A DNA stretch of 64,000 nt from Candidatus Gastranaerophilales bacterium (GCA_947625495.1 CANQOQ010000002.1:122306-186305); one strand, 5' to 3'. Counted from the stretch's first letter, positions 41,727-52,674 are shown. Program-made: numbers and translations. The notes: a model not told the origin generated them from the letters alone.

Positions 41727-42530
41727 ATGGATAAAACAATTGATTTTATAAGGGATAAGATTGGCAATTTTGAGCCTGAGATAGGTATAATATTGGGTTC
41801 AGGGCTTGGAGACTTTGCGGATGAATTTCAGGGGAAGGTAATTCCTTATAGTGAAATACCTGAGTTTGAAGCTTCACATGTCGAGGGGCATAAAGGACAG
41901 CTTGTATTTGCCGAGGTATGCGGTAAAAAAACCGTTATGATGCAGGGCAGATACCATTTTTATGAAGGTTATTCTCTTGCTACCGTTACTTATCCCGTTA
42001 AGGTTATGAAAAAACTCGGGGTTAAAATCCTTATAATAACAAATGCCGCAGGTGCGGTTACTAAAGAATATACCCCCGGAGATTTGATGTTTATTACGGA
42101 TCATATTAATTTTATGGGAACAAATCCTTTAATAGGCAGAAATGATGATACATTGGGTACTCGTTTCCCTGATATGAGCGAAGTATATTCAAAAGAACTT
42201 ATTGAAAAAGCGGAAAATATAGCAAAAAAACTTAATATCAAATATCAAAAAGGGATATATGTTGCAACAACAGGTCCAAGCTATGAAACGCCCGCAGAGA
42301 TAAGAATGTTTTCTCTCTTAGGGGCAAATGCAGTCGGAATGTCTACCGTTCCCGAAGCTATTGTAGCTAATTATTGCGGATTAAAGGTGTTAGGGATAAG
42401 CTGCCTTACAAATTATGCGGCAGGAACCACGAATAATCCTTTGAACCATCAGGAAGTTATAGATACGGCAAACAAGGTTAAGGAAAACTTTAAAAATCTT
42501 TTAATTGAGCTTATTGAAAAGGTTTATTAA
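41727..42530 (+). CDS. purine nucleoside phosphorylase (PunA/trimeric type)
   Basis: LGSGLG, VEGHKG.LVF, GRYHFYEG and GMSTVPE motifs. Confidence 0.9.
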   Translation: MDKTIDFIRDKIGNFEPEIGIILGSGLGDFADEFQGKVIPYSEIPEFEASHVEGHKGQLVFAEVCGKKTVMMQGRYHFYEGYSLATVTYPVKVMKKLGVKILIITNAAGAVTKEYTPGDLMFITDHINFMGTNPLIGRNDDTLGTRFPDMSEVYSKELIEKAENIAKKLNIKYQKGIYVATTGPSYETPAEIRMFSLLGANAVGMSTVPEAIVANYCGLKVLGISCLTNYAAGTTNNPLNHQEVIDTANKVKENFKNLLIELIEKVY

Positions 42531-44896
42531 TTAATATCAACGACGCTCACGCCGTCGCCGCCTTCGGCGTTTTCGCCCGCTCTGAATTTAGCGACATAAG
42601 GTGAGTGCATAAGATATTCTCTTATGACCTGTTTTAATGCTCCGGTGCCGTGTCCGTGGATAATGTATACGGGGCTTAAATTATAAAGGCTTGCTTTATC
42701 AAGATATTTTTCTATTTCATCAAGTGCTTCTTCACACCTGTAGCCTCTTAAATCCAAAGTCTGAGATAAGGAATGTCTTTCAAATGAAAAATCTTTTTTA
42801 TATACGCCTTTTGCTTTCTGTTCTCTTTTTATTAAAGATTTATTTAAAACCGCTAGTTTATTTTGTTTTATCTTTGTTTTTAACTGCCCTAATTGAATTA
42901 ATACATTTTTATTCTTATCGGGAAGTTCTAAAATTGTGACTTCCTGATTCAGGTCGGTAATCATAACGATATCGCCTGCTTTTGCTTTTGTCCAGTCAAT
43001 AGGAGTATATTTTTCGGCTATTTCGTCTTCATCTTTTCTGAAATCAGAGCGCATTACCGTTTCAATATTTGCCAGACGGTTAAAGCTTCTTCTTGCAATT
43101 TTCTCTGATTTTTCTTCCCGCATTTGTTTAAGTATGTCTTTTATTTCATCACGGGCTTCATTTATTGAGGTTTCATATTTCTTTTTGTATATTCCGATAT
43201 TTTTCTTTTTTTCTTTTTTTATTTCATTTAATTTATCGTTAAGACTTTGTTCCAATCGTTTAACATTTTCTTCTTTTTCTTTAATAATGAGTTTAGAGTC
43301 AGAGAGCTCCTGCTGAGTTTTTTGGAGTTCTTCAAGAACTTTTGCGCTTGTATCTTTTTCATTAAAGTAAATATCTTTGGCATTATTAATAATTTCTTCT
43401 TTTAAACCGAGATTTTTACTTATTGATATAGCGTTACTGGCACCGGGTATTCCTATTAAGAGTTTATAGGTCGGTTCAAGCGTATTAATATTAAATTCTA
43501 CTGAAGCATTAATAAATCCTTCTTTTAAATATGCAAGAGATTTGAGTTCTCCAAAATGCGTTGTTGCAATGATAAAAGAATTTTTGTTTTTAAGATATTC
43601 AAGTATGCTTTGAGCCAGTGAAGCACCTTCTTTTGGGTCTGTTCCCGCTGATATTTCGTCAAATAATACAAGAGTTTCTTCATCTGAATGATTAATTATA
43701 TTAACAATATTTGTCATGTGAGAAGAAAAAGTTGAAAGGTTTTGAATTATGCTCTGTTCATCTCCAATATCCGCAAATACTTTTTTAAACGGATATATTT
43801 GAGCTTCATAGCACGGAATATGAAGTCCTGCTTTTGTCATAAGTACAAAAAGCCCGACGGTTTTAAGTACAACAGTTTTTCCGCCCGTATTTGAACCTGT
43901 TATTATCATGCAGTTTTTATTCGGGTTCATATAAAAATCATTTTCAACAATTTCTTTTTTTGATTTTATTAACACGGGGTTTTTCATCATTTTGATATTA
44001 ATTAATTTTTCCGATGAAATTTCAGCTGCCGTTCCGTCAAATGATGCGGAATATTTTGCTTTTGCAAAAATAAAGTCGAGCTCGACAAGTTCATTTAGCG
44101 AGTTTTCTATATCTTCAAATGCGCTTCCTATTTCATTTGAAAGAGATTTAAGTATTTTTTCGATTTCAATGTTAATTTCGATTTCCGTTTGTCTTATTTT
44201 ATTGTTGAGTCCTACCAGTATTTCAGGCTCAATAAAGAAAGTTTGACTGCTTTGCGAGATATCGTGAACAATACCTGATACCTTGTTTTTACATTCGGCT
44301 TTAACCTGAAAAACAGTTCTGCCTTCCCTTTGGGTATATATACTGTCTTGCAGACAGCTTGTAAAATCGGAATTTTGAAGTAGAGACGAAACAACCGTTT
44401 TCACATTAGAATTTGTATCTCTCAGTGTTTGATACAGTCCTTTTAATTTTTGAGTTGCATCTTCTTTTACGGTCAGTGCGGGAGTAAATGTATTAAATAT
44501 TTTGTCTTCAAGTTCTTTATTCGGAAATAAATTATTTTTTAATTCCGATAATTCTTTATAATCTTTTGAAATACTCTCAAGAAAGTTTTTCATTAATCTT
44601 GTTGTTTTAAGGATTCTTGCAGAGTTTATTATTTCTTCTTCACTTAGCCTTAAGTGTTTTTTTGCGTCTTCAAGACTTTTTTTTATGTTATAAATATTGT
44701 CTAAAGGAACATTAAGCGCATTATTTATAATTTGTCTTGCCTGCGAAGTTAATAAAAGTTCATGAGTTATAAGGAAGGGTTCATCAAAAATTTGAGCATT
44801 CAAACACCTTTCCTTACCTAAATAACTTACTGCAAATTCAGAAAGGTATGAAAGTACTTTGTCAAATTCAAGAATTTTTATAGCTTTATTTTTCAT
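42527..44896 (-). CDS. mutS2: endonuclease MutS2 (MutS domain V plus Smr)
   Basis: ITGSNTGGKT Walker A, DEISAGTDP, C-terminal Smr (LDLRGYR...IIHGHGTGALK). Confidence 0.93.
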   Translation of the reverse strand: MKNKAIKILEFDKVLSYLSEFAVSYLGKERCLNAQIFDEPFLITHELLLTSQARQIINNALNVPLDNIYNIKKSLEDAKKHLRLSEEEIINSARILKTTRLMKNFLESISKDYKELSELKNNLFPNKELEDKIFNTFTPALTVKEDATQKLKGLYQTLRDTNSNVKTVVSSLLQNSDFTSCLQDSIYTQREGRTVFQVKAECKNKVSGIVHDISQSSQTFFIEPEILVGLNNKIRQTEIEINIEIEKILKSLSNEIGSAFEDIENSLNELVELDFIFAKAKYSASFDGTAAEISSEKLINIKMMKNPVLIKSKKEIVENDFYMNPNKNCMIITGSNTGGKTVVLKTVGLFVLMTKAGLHIPCYEAQIYPFKKVFADIGDEQSIIQNLSTFSSHMTNIVNIINHSDEETLVLFDEISAGTDPKEGASLAQSILEYLKNKNSFIIATTHFGELKSLAYLKEGFINASVEFNINTLEPTYKLLIGIPGASNAISISKNLGLKEEIINNAKDIYFNEKDTSAKVLEELQKTQQELSDSKLIIKEKEENVKRLEQSLNDKLNEIKKEKKKNIGIYKKKYETSINEARDEIKDILKQMREEKSEKIARRSFNRLANIETVMRSDFRKDEDEIAEKYTPIDWTKAKAGDIVMITDLNQEVTILELPDKNKNVLIQLGQLKTKIKQNKLAVLNKSLIKREQKAKGVYKKDFSFERHSLSQTLDLRGYRCEEALDEIEKYLDKASLYNLSPVYIIHGHGTGALKQVIREYLMHSPYVAKFRAGENAEGGDGVSVVDIN

Positions 44897-44911
44897 AAAA
44901 ATATTATAAAC

Positions 44912-44949
44912 AAAAAAAGGACAGATAAGAAATCTTATCTGCCCTTTTT
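44912..44949 (-). terminator. intrinsic terminator after hup
   Basis: ggacagataag / cttatctgccc stem with one mismatch, 4-nt loop, U-run on the minus-strand transcript. Confidence 0.65.
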
Positions 44950-44964
44950 AAACTTATAAAATAA

Positions 44965-45258
44965 CTATTTTCTTGCAGCTACTTTACCGTCAACAATTTC
45001 TTTGAATTTTTTACCAGCAGTAAATACGGGAGCTGTTTTAGCAGCGATTTTAATTTTAGCGCCTGTTTGAGGGTTACGGCCTGTTCTTGCAGCTCTTTTT
45101 CTAGCTTCCCAAGTACCGAAACCTACTAATGTTACTTTTTTACCTTTAGCAACTGTTTTTTCAACTGTTGACATAATTGCATTTATTACTTCTGCTGCAT
45201 CTTTTTGAGTAACTTTTGCTTTTTTTGATACTTCTTGTACTAATTCTTCTTTGTTCAT
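44965..45258 (-). CDS. hup: HU family DNA-binding protein
   Basis: MNKEELV...GFGTWEARKRAARTGRNPQTG..I.I. Confidence 0.93.
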   Translation of the reverse strand: MNKEELVQEVSKKAKVTQKDAAEVINAIMSTVEKTVAKGKKVTLVGFGTWEARKRAARTGRNPQTGAKIKIAAKTAPVFTAGKKFKEIVDGKVAARK

Positions 45259-45367
45259 GGTATAAAACCCCTTTCCTTAAATATAAATATAACACTTCTT
45301 ATTATAGCTATTTTTTAGAACTAGTCAATAGCTAACTTTCAATACTGTTATAATTTATAGCGAGAGG

Positions 45368-46870
45368 CTATTTATTTTTCATCGTTGGAAAGGCAATAAC
45401 ATCACGGATGGTGGTTGAATCGGTTAATAACATAACAAGTCTGTCGATACCCATACCCATACCGCCTGTCGGAGGCATTCCGTATTCTAATGCGTTAATA
45501 AAATCCTCATCTATATCGCAGGCTTCTTCATCACCTTGAGCTTTTTGTAGTGCCTGTGCTTCAAACCTTTCACGCTGGTCTATTGGGTCAGTCAGTTCCG
45601 AGAATGCATTGGCAAGTTCCCACCCGTTGACTTTTGATTCAAAACGTTCCGTTAAACGGGGATTATTTCTGTGAACTTTTGCTAACGGCGAGATTTCTCT
45701 CGGGTAGTCCATTATATGTACGGGCTGAATTATATAGGGTTCTACTTTATCTTCAAAAACGGCTTCAACAATTTTGCCCCAGTTCATATTTTCTTCAAGT
45801 TCAACGCCTAATTTTTCGGCAGCCGCTTTTGCTTCATCAGCTGTCATAAATTCTGCAAAATCAACTCCCGTTGCTTCTTTTATAGAACCTATCATTGTTT
45901 TTCTGTCCCACGGCGGAGTTAAATCTATTTCGTTTTCTCCGTACTTAATTTTTGTTGTGCCGAGAACTTCTTTTGCAACGAAGGCAACCATATTTTCGGT
46001 TAATTCCATCATATCGTTATAGTCTACGTATGCTTGATAAAGTTCTATAGTCGTAAATTCAGGGTTATGCAGTGAGTCTATACCTTCATTTCTGAAACAG
46101 CGGTTGATTTCAAAAATCTTTTCGGATAATCCGCCGACCATAAGTCTTTTTAAGTGGAGCTCGGGGGCTATTCTCATATACATCGGGATATCTAAAGCAT
46201 TATGGTGTGTTTCAAAGGGTCTTGCATTTGCTCCGCCTGCTTGCGAGTGCAGCATTGGTGTTTCAACTTCCAAAAATCCTTTTGAGGTTAAATATTCTCT
46301 GATTTTTTGAATGATTAATCCCCTTTTTCTGAAGGTTTCTTTAACTTCTTCATTCATAATCATATCGACATATCTTTGGCGGTAACGTGTTTCAACGTCA
46401 GTTAATCCGTGGAACTTTTCGGGCAGCGGTTTTAGTGATTTTGTTAAAATCTCAAAATCAATTGTTTTTAAGCTTAATTCACCTCTCGGGGTTCTTCTTA
46501 TGTCGCCCGTAAACCCTACAATGTCACCTATATCAATCACTTTTAAAAGTTTTATTTTTTCTTCATCAATGTTTTGTTTATGAGAGAATATTTGGATTTT
46601 GCCTGTATCATCCATAAGGTCAATAAACATGCCTGAATTTCTGATTGCCATAACTCTGCCTGCTACGCTGTAGCGGTCAGTTGTTTCCTCGCCTGAGGCA
46701 AGGTCTTTATATTTTTCCTGTAATTCTTTAGCTGATGCGGTTTTATTAAATTTATAAGGATAAGGGTTTATTCCTTTTTCTCTTAAATCGTTTGCTTTTT
46801 GTATTCTTGTTTGCCTTATTGTGTCTATTGATGATGTTGTTTCTTTAGTATCCTGCATATTACTCTCCAA
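45368..46870 (-). CDS. lysS: lysine-tRNA ligase (class II)
   Basis: OB-fold N-terminus, FLEVETPML, FRNEG and GMGIDRL motifs. Confidence 0.97.
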   Translation of the reverse strand: MESNMQDTKETTSSIDTIRQTRIQKANDLREKGINPYPYKFNKTASAKELQEKYKDLASGEETTDRYSVAGRVMAIRNSGMFIDLMDDTGKIQIFSHKQNIDEEKIKLLKVIDIGDIVGFTGDIRRTPRGELSLKTIDFEILTKSLKPLPEKFHGLTDVETRYRQRYVDMIMNEEVKETFRKRGLIIQKIREYLTSKGFLEVETPMLHSQAGGANARPFETHHNALDIPMYMRIAPELHLKRLMVGGLSEKIFEINRCFRNEGIDSLHNPEFTTIELYQAYVDYNDMMELTENMVAFVAKEVLGTTKIKYGENEIDLTPPWDRKTMIGSIKEATGVDFAEFMTADEAKAAAEKLGVELEENMNWGKIVEAVFEDKVEPYIIQPVHIMDYPREISPLAKVHRNNPRLTERFESKVNGWELANAFSELTDPIDQRERFEAQALQKAQGDEEACDIDEDFINALEYGMPPTGGMGMGIDRLVMLLTDSTTIRDVIAFPTMKNK

Positions 46871-46926
46871 ATTATTCTTTCAGTAAAATTCTATCATTAA
46901 CATATAATTTGTGTAATAATTAAAAA

Positions 46927-47805
46927 ATGAATATTTTAATCCCCGAAGAATTAGCGATAAAAAAGCCAAATAGCGAACTTCTAAAAATTATAAACAGTAA
47001 AAAATTCAATGACCGTGTGCTTTATGAAATAAATTCCGATTTTCATAATATTAAAATAATAGAAAATGAAATCGGGCGGTTTTTGCATTATAAAGACACC
47101 TATCAGGCAGGGTTTATTGAAACGGAGTTTTATAAAGGCAATCTGCCTTATATTAATTATTTTTTGATTTCTTATTTATTGAATCCTAGAATTGAGAAAA
47201 TTTTGCTTGTGGGATTGGGAACGGGGAAATTAATCAATGATTTTGAATTTCTTTTTGATAATCTTAAAACAATTGACTGCGTTGATATAGAAGAAAATAT
47301 ATATGATATTGCGGTTAATTATTTTGATTTTAAACAGCCCGAAAAATTTAATTTTATTTTGCAAGACGGCATAACATACCTTCGTAATTGCCCCAAAAAG
47401 TACGATTTAATTATAGTTGACGTTGCAAATAATGACGGGATAGACTTAAGATTTTTATCTGACGAGTACTTTTGCGCAGTAAAAAAATGTTTAAAAAAAG
47501 ACGGAATTTTTGTTTCCAATATGTGTGCAAGCCCTGATTTTGAGAATCCTGAAAATATTTTTTTCAAAAAATATTTCCCGATATATAAAAAATATTTTGG
47601 CTGTAATTTAGTTTTTAAAGGCGATTATTCCGATAAAATTTACTATAAATCGTTTTTTAATATTGATGAAAGAGTAATGGATATAACAAATGTGATAATT
47701 TTTTCATCGGACAAAAAATATTCTTTAAAACACGACTATGAAAAAGCGGAAAAATTGGGTGTAAATATTAAAAATTATTTGAAAGATTTATCACAAATTG
47801 AATAA
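46927..47805 (+). CDS. spermidine synthase-like SAM-dependent methyltransferase-fold protein
   Basis: LLVGLGTG, VDIEE and YDLIIVDV motifs. Confidence 0.5.
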   Translation: MNILIPEELAIKKPNSELLKIINSKKFNDRVLYEINSDFHNIKIIENEIGRFLHYKDTYQAGFIETEFYKGNLPYINYFLISYLLNPRIEKILLVGLGTGKLINDFEFLFDNLKTIDCVDIEENIYDIAVNYFDFKQPEKFNFILQDGITYLRNCPKKYDLIIVDVANNDGIDLRFLSDEYFCAVKKCLKKDGIFVSNMCASPDFENPENIFFKKYFPIYKKYFGCNLVFKGDYSDKIYYKSFFNIDERVMDITNVIIFSSDKKYSLKHDYEKAEKLGVNIKNYLKDLSQIE

Positions 47806-47853
47806 TAGCTTTATTTGTATTAAAATTAAATCAAAGTATAAAGGGATAGAGAA

Positions 47854-49182
47854 GTGGCAGCAAGACCCACAGTAGCAATAGTAGGACGTCCGAATGTCGG
47901 TAAATCGACATTCGTTAACAGGCTTTTGGGTGCAAGAAAATCGATTGTTGATGATAAGGCAGGCGTTACCCGTGACCGTATTTATTTTGACGTTGAATGG
48001 ATGGATAAGCATTTTACCGTAATTGATACGGGCGGTATAATCCCCGGTGACGAAGATGAAATAATGGTTAATATTTACGCACAGGCAAAAGCTGCCTGTG
48101 ATGAAGCAGATAAAATCATTTTCATTGTCGATGGTTTAGAGGGTATTCACCCCGTTGATTATGATATAGCCAATATTTTAAGAAAAAGCGGAAAAGAAGT
48201 ATTTCTCGCCGTTAATAAGCTGGATTCTCCCGAAAAATTTATTAATATCACGGATTTCTATTCACTTGCACTAGGTGAACCTGTTGCAATATCCGCACTT
48301 CACGGCTCTGGTGGTGTTGGTGACCTTTTAGAACTTGTTACAAAAGATTTTAACTATGATATAGAAGAAGAAAAATCAGAACATATAAGAATCGCAATAG
48401 TTGGTAAGCCTAATGTGGGTAAATCCTCTATAGTTAACGCTCTTTTAAATAAAGAAAGAGTTATTGTTTCAAATGTATCAGGTACGACACGTGATGCAAT
48501 AGATTCTAAAGTTAAATATGAGGGCGAAGAATTTATTCTTGTTGATACGGCAGGTATCAGGAAAAAATCAAAAGTCGATTGGGGAATAGAAAAATTTGCC
48601 GTAGACAGGTCCATAAGAGCCATTAGAAATTGTGATATTGCGGTTCTTGTTATTGATGCAACGGAAGGAATCTCGGATCAGGATAAAAAAATTGCGGGCA
48701 CTATAATTGATTCGGGCAAGGGTATGATTCTTGCAATAAATAAATGGGATTTAATTGAAGATAAAAAATCCTCCACCATTAATAAGTTTGAAAAAGAAAT
48801 AGAAAACGAAATGCCTTTTCTGAGTTATGTTCCTAAAGTATTTATCAGCGCAAAAACCAAGCAGAGATTGGTTAACATATATAAGTTAACAAAAGAAGTA
48901 TATGCTGAAACGACAAAAAGAATTTCAACAAGCATATTGAACAAGGTTGTTTTAGACGCTATATCAATGAATCCTCCTGTAAGCATAAGAGGTAAAAGAT
49001 TAAAATTGTTCTATATTACTCAGGTTAAAACTCAGCCGCCTTCTTTTGTCTTATTTATTAATAATGAAGATTTATTAAAGGATAACTATGTTAAATATCT
49101 CGAAAATAAAATGAGAGAAGCATTCGGATTTAAAGGCAGTCCCATTAAAATTTCTGCCAGAGAAAAGGGAGAGAAAAAATGA
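47854..49182 (+). CDS. der: ribosome biogenesis GTPase Der (EngA)
   Basis: Two G domains (GRPNVGKST and GKPNVGKSS) plus a KH-like C-terminus. GTG start. Confidence 0.95.
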   Translation: MAARPTVAIVGRPNVGKSTFVNRLLGARKSIVDDKAGVTRDRIYFDVEWMDKHFTVIDTGGIIPGDEDEIMVNIYAQAKAACDEADKIIFIVDGLEGIHPVDYDIANILRKSGKEVFLAVNKLDSPEKFINITDFYSLALGEPVAISALHGSGGVGDLLELVTKDFNYDIEEEKSEHIRIAIVGKPNVGKSSIVNALLNKERVIVSNVSGTTRDAIDSKVKYEGEEFILVDTAGIRKKSKVDWGIEKFAVDRSIRAIRNCDIAVLVIDATEGISDQDKKIAGTIIDSGKGMILAINKWDLIEDKKSSTINKFEKEIENEMPFLSYVPKVFISAKTKQRLVNIYKLTKEVYAETTKRISTSILNKVVLDAISMNPPVSIRGKRLKLFYITQVKTQPPSFVLFINNEDLLKDNYVKYLENKMREAFGFKGSPIKISAREKGEKK

Positions 49183-49790
49183 TTGAAGTTATTAATACTA
49201 CGTTAGTAATTGCTTTAGTTTCTTATATCATAGGCTCTATACCTACAGGATATATTATTGTGAAATTATTAAAAGGTATTGATATAAGAACAATAGGTTC
49301 AGGGTCAACAGGTGCTACAAATGTTAAAAGGGTGCTTGGTACTAAATGGTTTTTTATTGTAATGCTGTTGGATGCTCTAAAAGGTGCTATCCCTGTTTTA
49401 ATCGCAGTTAATTATCATAATTTTGTTCATTTTAAAGGATTGACACCCGTAGTTGCGGCATTATTTGTAATTATAGGACACAGTAAATCAATTTTCTTAA
49501 AATTTACGGGCGGAAAATCCGTTGCAGCAGGAATTGGAACTATTCTGGCTTTATGCTGGCCTGTCGGTCTGATTATTGCAGGTGTCTGGGCTATTGTTAC
49601 ATATTTATCAAAATATGTGTCTCTGGGTTCTATTGTTGCGGTTGCTATTGCTCCTGTATTAATGAATTCTTTTGATCAGAATATTTATTATATATGTTTT
49701 TCTGCAATAGGCGCAATTTATGTCATATTAATGCACAAGGAAAATATAAAAAGATTAATAGCCGGAACGGAAAATAAAGTCAGAAAATAA
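49179..49790 (+). CDS. plsY: glycerol-3-phosphate acyltransferase PlsY
   Basis: GSIPTGYI, GSGSTGATN and GGKSVA motifs. Confidence 0.93.
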   Translation: MIEVINTTLVIALVSYIIGSIPTGYIIVKLLKGIDIRTIGSGSTGATNVKRVLGTKWFFIVMLLDALKGAIPVLIAVNYHNFVHFKGLTPVVAALFVIIGHSKSIFLKFTGGKSVAAGIGTILALCWPVGLIIAGVWAIVTYLSKYVSLGSIVAVAIAPVLMNSFDQNIYYICFSAIGAIYVILMHKENIKRLIAGTENKVRK

Positions 49791-51289
49791 TGGCAAAGTA
49801 TAACGGATTAAAAATAGTTTCAAAAGTTGAAGTTGATTCAAAAGAAGCATTGAGTATAGTTTATACCCCAGGGGTTGCAGCTTCCTGCATTGAAATAAAA
49901 AATAACCCCGAAACTTCTTATGACTATACGAACAGAGAAAATTCAGTTGCCGTTATATCTTTTGACTATGAAAGTTCTTTAAATCGTGCAATATTTTTAA
50001 AGAGTACACTTTCTATTGACGCTTATCCGTTTGAAATATCTTCAAAAGCTTCTGATAAGATTAAACTCGTTGTTGAAAATATTGAACCTTCATTCGGTGC
50101 CGTGGATTTAAGCCTGATCGAGGAATATGTTAAAAATATTGATTTTAACGTCAAAATACCTGTTTTAAAAGGTAAAACCGGCAATTTAAAAGAGTTTTTC
50201 CTGTGTGTATCCAAGAATTTATTTATGTTCAGCTATGATAAACTTGAAGGAAGCAATAGCGAAAAATCACTGCAATTAAGAAAAATGGCAGGCGGGGTTA
50301 TTGAAATTGAACTTACGGAAGAAAAACAAAAAAAGCCCGTAGGGATTGTTTCAGACGGCAGTGCCGTTTTGGGCTTAGGGGATATAAAAGGGCTTGCAGG
50401 GCTTCCCGTTATGGAAGGGAAAGCTGTTTTGTTTCAGCAATTAGGCGAAGTTAGTGCAATGCCTCTATGCTTAAAAACTCAAAATGCCGATGAAATTGTT
50501 GAAACGGTTCTGCTGCTTCAAAATTCATTTTCGGGAATAAATTTAGAGGATATTAAGGCTCCGAGGTGTTTTGAAGTAGAAAATAAGCTTATTGAAAAAG
50601 CGGATATACCGATATTCCACGATGACCAGCATGGTACAGCTGTTGTTGTGGCTGCTGCATTATTAAATGCGCTTGTGCTTGCCGATAAAAAAATAGAAGA
50701 CGTAAAAATTATATTTTCGGGTGCAGGTGCTGCCGCTATTGCCGTTTGTAAGCTTATTCTTGCTCTGGGTGCTAAAAATGTCGTTATGTTCGATATAGAT
50801 GGTGCTATTTATAAAGGCAGAAAGCAAAATAACTTCGCCCACGATGAAATTTCAAATTATACAAATTCAGATTGTGTAAAAACACCTCTTAAAGAGCAGA
50901 TAAAAGGTGCTGACGTATTTATAGGACTTAGCGCCCCTGATATTTTAAATGAAGAAATGATAAAATCAATGAATAAAAACCCGATTATATTTGCTCTTGC
51001 AAACCCTGTACCTGAAATCATGCCTGATAAGGCGAAAGAATTTGGTGCATTTATTTCGGCATCAGGCAGAAGCGACTTTCCTAATCAAATAAATAATTCT
51101 TTGGTTTTTCCGGGGCTTTTTAAAGGTGTTTTGGAGCATAATATAAAAAAGATTACAACTCAAATGAAACTTAATTGCGCTTTTGCTCTTGCTTCTTTGG
51201 TTAAAGATGATGAATTAAATCCCGATTATATACTTCCTGATGCACTTGATATGAGAGTACCAAATGTAATTTCAGAGAATGTGGTTTAA
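49790..51289 (+). CDS. NAD(P)-dependent malic enzyme with an atypical ~130-aa insertion in the N-terminal domain
   Basis: YTPGVA, DGSAVLGLGDIKG, PVMEGK, NLEDIKAPRCFE, HDDQHGTA and GAGAAA motifs. The block is interrupted between aa 57 and 189. Confidence 0.85.
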   Translation: MAKYNGLKIVSKVEVDSKEALSIVYTPGVAASCIEIKNNPETSYDYTNRENSVAVISFDYESSLNRAIFLKSTLSIDAYPFEISSKASDKIKLVVENIEPSFGAVDLSLIEEYVKNIDFNVKIPVLKGKTGNLKEFFLCVSKNLFMFSYDKLEGSNSEKSLQLRKMAGGVIEIELTEEKQKKPVGIVSDGSAVLGLGDIKGLAGLPVMEGKAVLFQQLGEVSAMPLCLKTQNADEIVETVLLLQNSFSGINLEDIKAPRCFEVENKLIEKADIPIFHDDQHGTAVVVAAALLNALVLADKKIEDVKIIFSGAGAAAIAVCKLILALGAKNVVMFDIDGAIYKGRKQNNFAHDEISNYTNSDCVKTPLKEQIKGADVFIGLSAPDILNEEMIKSMNKNPIIFALANPVPEIMPDKAKEFGAFISASGRSDFPNQINNSLVFPGLFKGVLEHNIKKITTQMKLNCAFALASLVKDDELNPDYILPDALDMRVPNVISENVV

Positions 51290-51353
51290 ATTTTATTCAC
51301 TTTCTTTATTCATATTTTAATTTATGGTAGAATTTAAAAGAATTGGGGATAAT

Positions 51354-52673
51354 ATGAAGCTTAGTTTAAAAGAGATAGTGAATGCCGTTGGGGCAGAAGT
51401 TTTAAAAGGCGGTTCTGATAACTTTGAATATAGTTTTTCAACAGATACAAGAACAATAAAGGAATGTGATTTATATATCCCTTTAAAAGGCGAGAATTTT
51501 GACGGTGCCGTATTTATTGATAAAGCCCTTGAAAACGGGGCTAAAGGTTATTTTACTTCAGATAAAAGTAAAATTTTAAATAATGCGGAAGTCATTTTAT
51601 ATACAAATGACACAAAAGAAGCTTATTTAAAGCTTGCTAATTATCATAAAAATAAAATTAACCCCTGCACAATAGCCGTAACGGGCAGCAGCGGAAAGAC
51701 AACCGTTAAAGAAATGCTCTACAGCGTCTTTAAAAATGCGGGAGAAACCGTAAAATCCATTTTGAACCATAATAATGAAATAGGATTGTGCCAAACACTT
51801 TCTGACATTGATAAAAATACTAAATACCTTATTGTCGAGATGGGTATGAGAGGCTTTGGCGAAATTGAATTATTATCAAAATATACACAGCCTGATATTG
51901 CAATAATCGTAAATTCGGGAAGCGCCCATATAGGAAGGCTTGGTTCACTTTTAAATATTGCAAAAGCCAAGTTTGAAATAGCTAAATATCTTAAATCGGA
52001 CGGTATATTAATTGCGCATGATAATCCATTAATTAAAGAGGTTAATGATAATAAGCATAAAACAATATATTTTTCGCTTGAAGATAAAAATCTTGAAATA
52101 ACGGAAATGACGGCTGAAAACTCTGAATTTATATATAAGGGAAATGAATATAAATTAAATGTTTCGGGTGAACACAATATACAAAATGCCCTGAGTGTTA
52201 TTGAAGCAGGTTTATATGCAGGGTTAAATCCCGATATAATTGCAAAAGGGCTTTTTGAATTTTCACCGATAGAAAAAAGATGGGATATAGAGGATATAAA
52301 AGGATTTAAAGTTATAAATGACAGCTATAATTCTAATCCTGACTCGGTTAAAGCTGCATTGAAAACCTTTTTAACTCATACTCCTTCTCCTAAAGCAGTT
52401 GTGCTTGGTGATATGGGAGAACTTGGCAGGGACGAGAAAAAATACCATAAAGAAGTCGGTAAATTTCTTGATAACCTTGAATGTGATTATGTTCTGACGG
52501 TGGGTGAACTGGCTGAATATATAGTTTCAGCAAAAAATAAAACAATTCATTTTAATTCAAAAAAAGAGCTTGCGGATTATATAAAAGAAAATCTGCCAAA
52601 GCATTCAAATATTCTTTTAAAGGCTTCAAGGTTTATGAAATTTGAAGAAATTATTGAGGAGCTGAAGAAATAA
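51354..52673 (+). CDS. murF: UDP-N-acetylmuramoyl-tripeptide-D-alanyl-D-alanine ligase
   Basis: VTGSSGKTT, Mur ligase middle and C domains, dcw context. ATG at 51354 preferred. Confidence 0.9.
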   Translation: MKLSLKEIVNAVGAEVLKGGSDNFEYSFSTDTRTIKECDLYIPLKGENFDGAVFIDKALENGAKGYFTSDKSKILNNAEVILYTNDTKEAYLKLANYHKNKINPCTIAVTGSSGKTTVKEMLYSVFKNAGETVKSILNHNNEIGLCQTLSDIDKNTKYLIVEMGMRGFGEIELLSKYTQPDIAIIVNSGSAHIGRLGSLLNIAKAKFEIAKYLKSDGILIAHDNPLIKEVNDNKHKTIYFSLEDKNLEITEMTAENSEFIYKGNEYKLNVSGEHNIQNALSVIEAGLYAGLNPDIIAKGLFEFSPIEKRWDIEDIKGFKVINDSYNSNPDSVKAALKTFLTHTPSPKAVVLGDMGELGRDEKKYHKEVGKFLDNLECDYVLTVGELAEYIVSAKNKTIHFNSKKELADYIKENLPKHSNILLKASRFMKFEEIIEELKK

Positions 52674-52674
52674 T

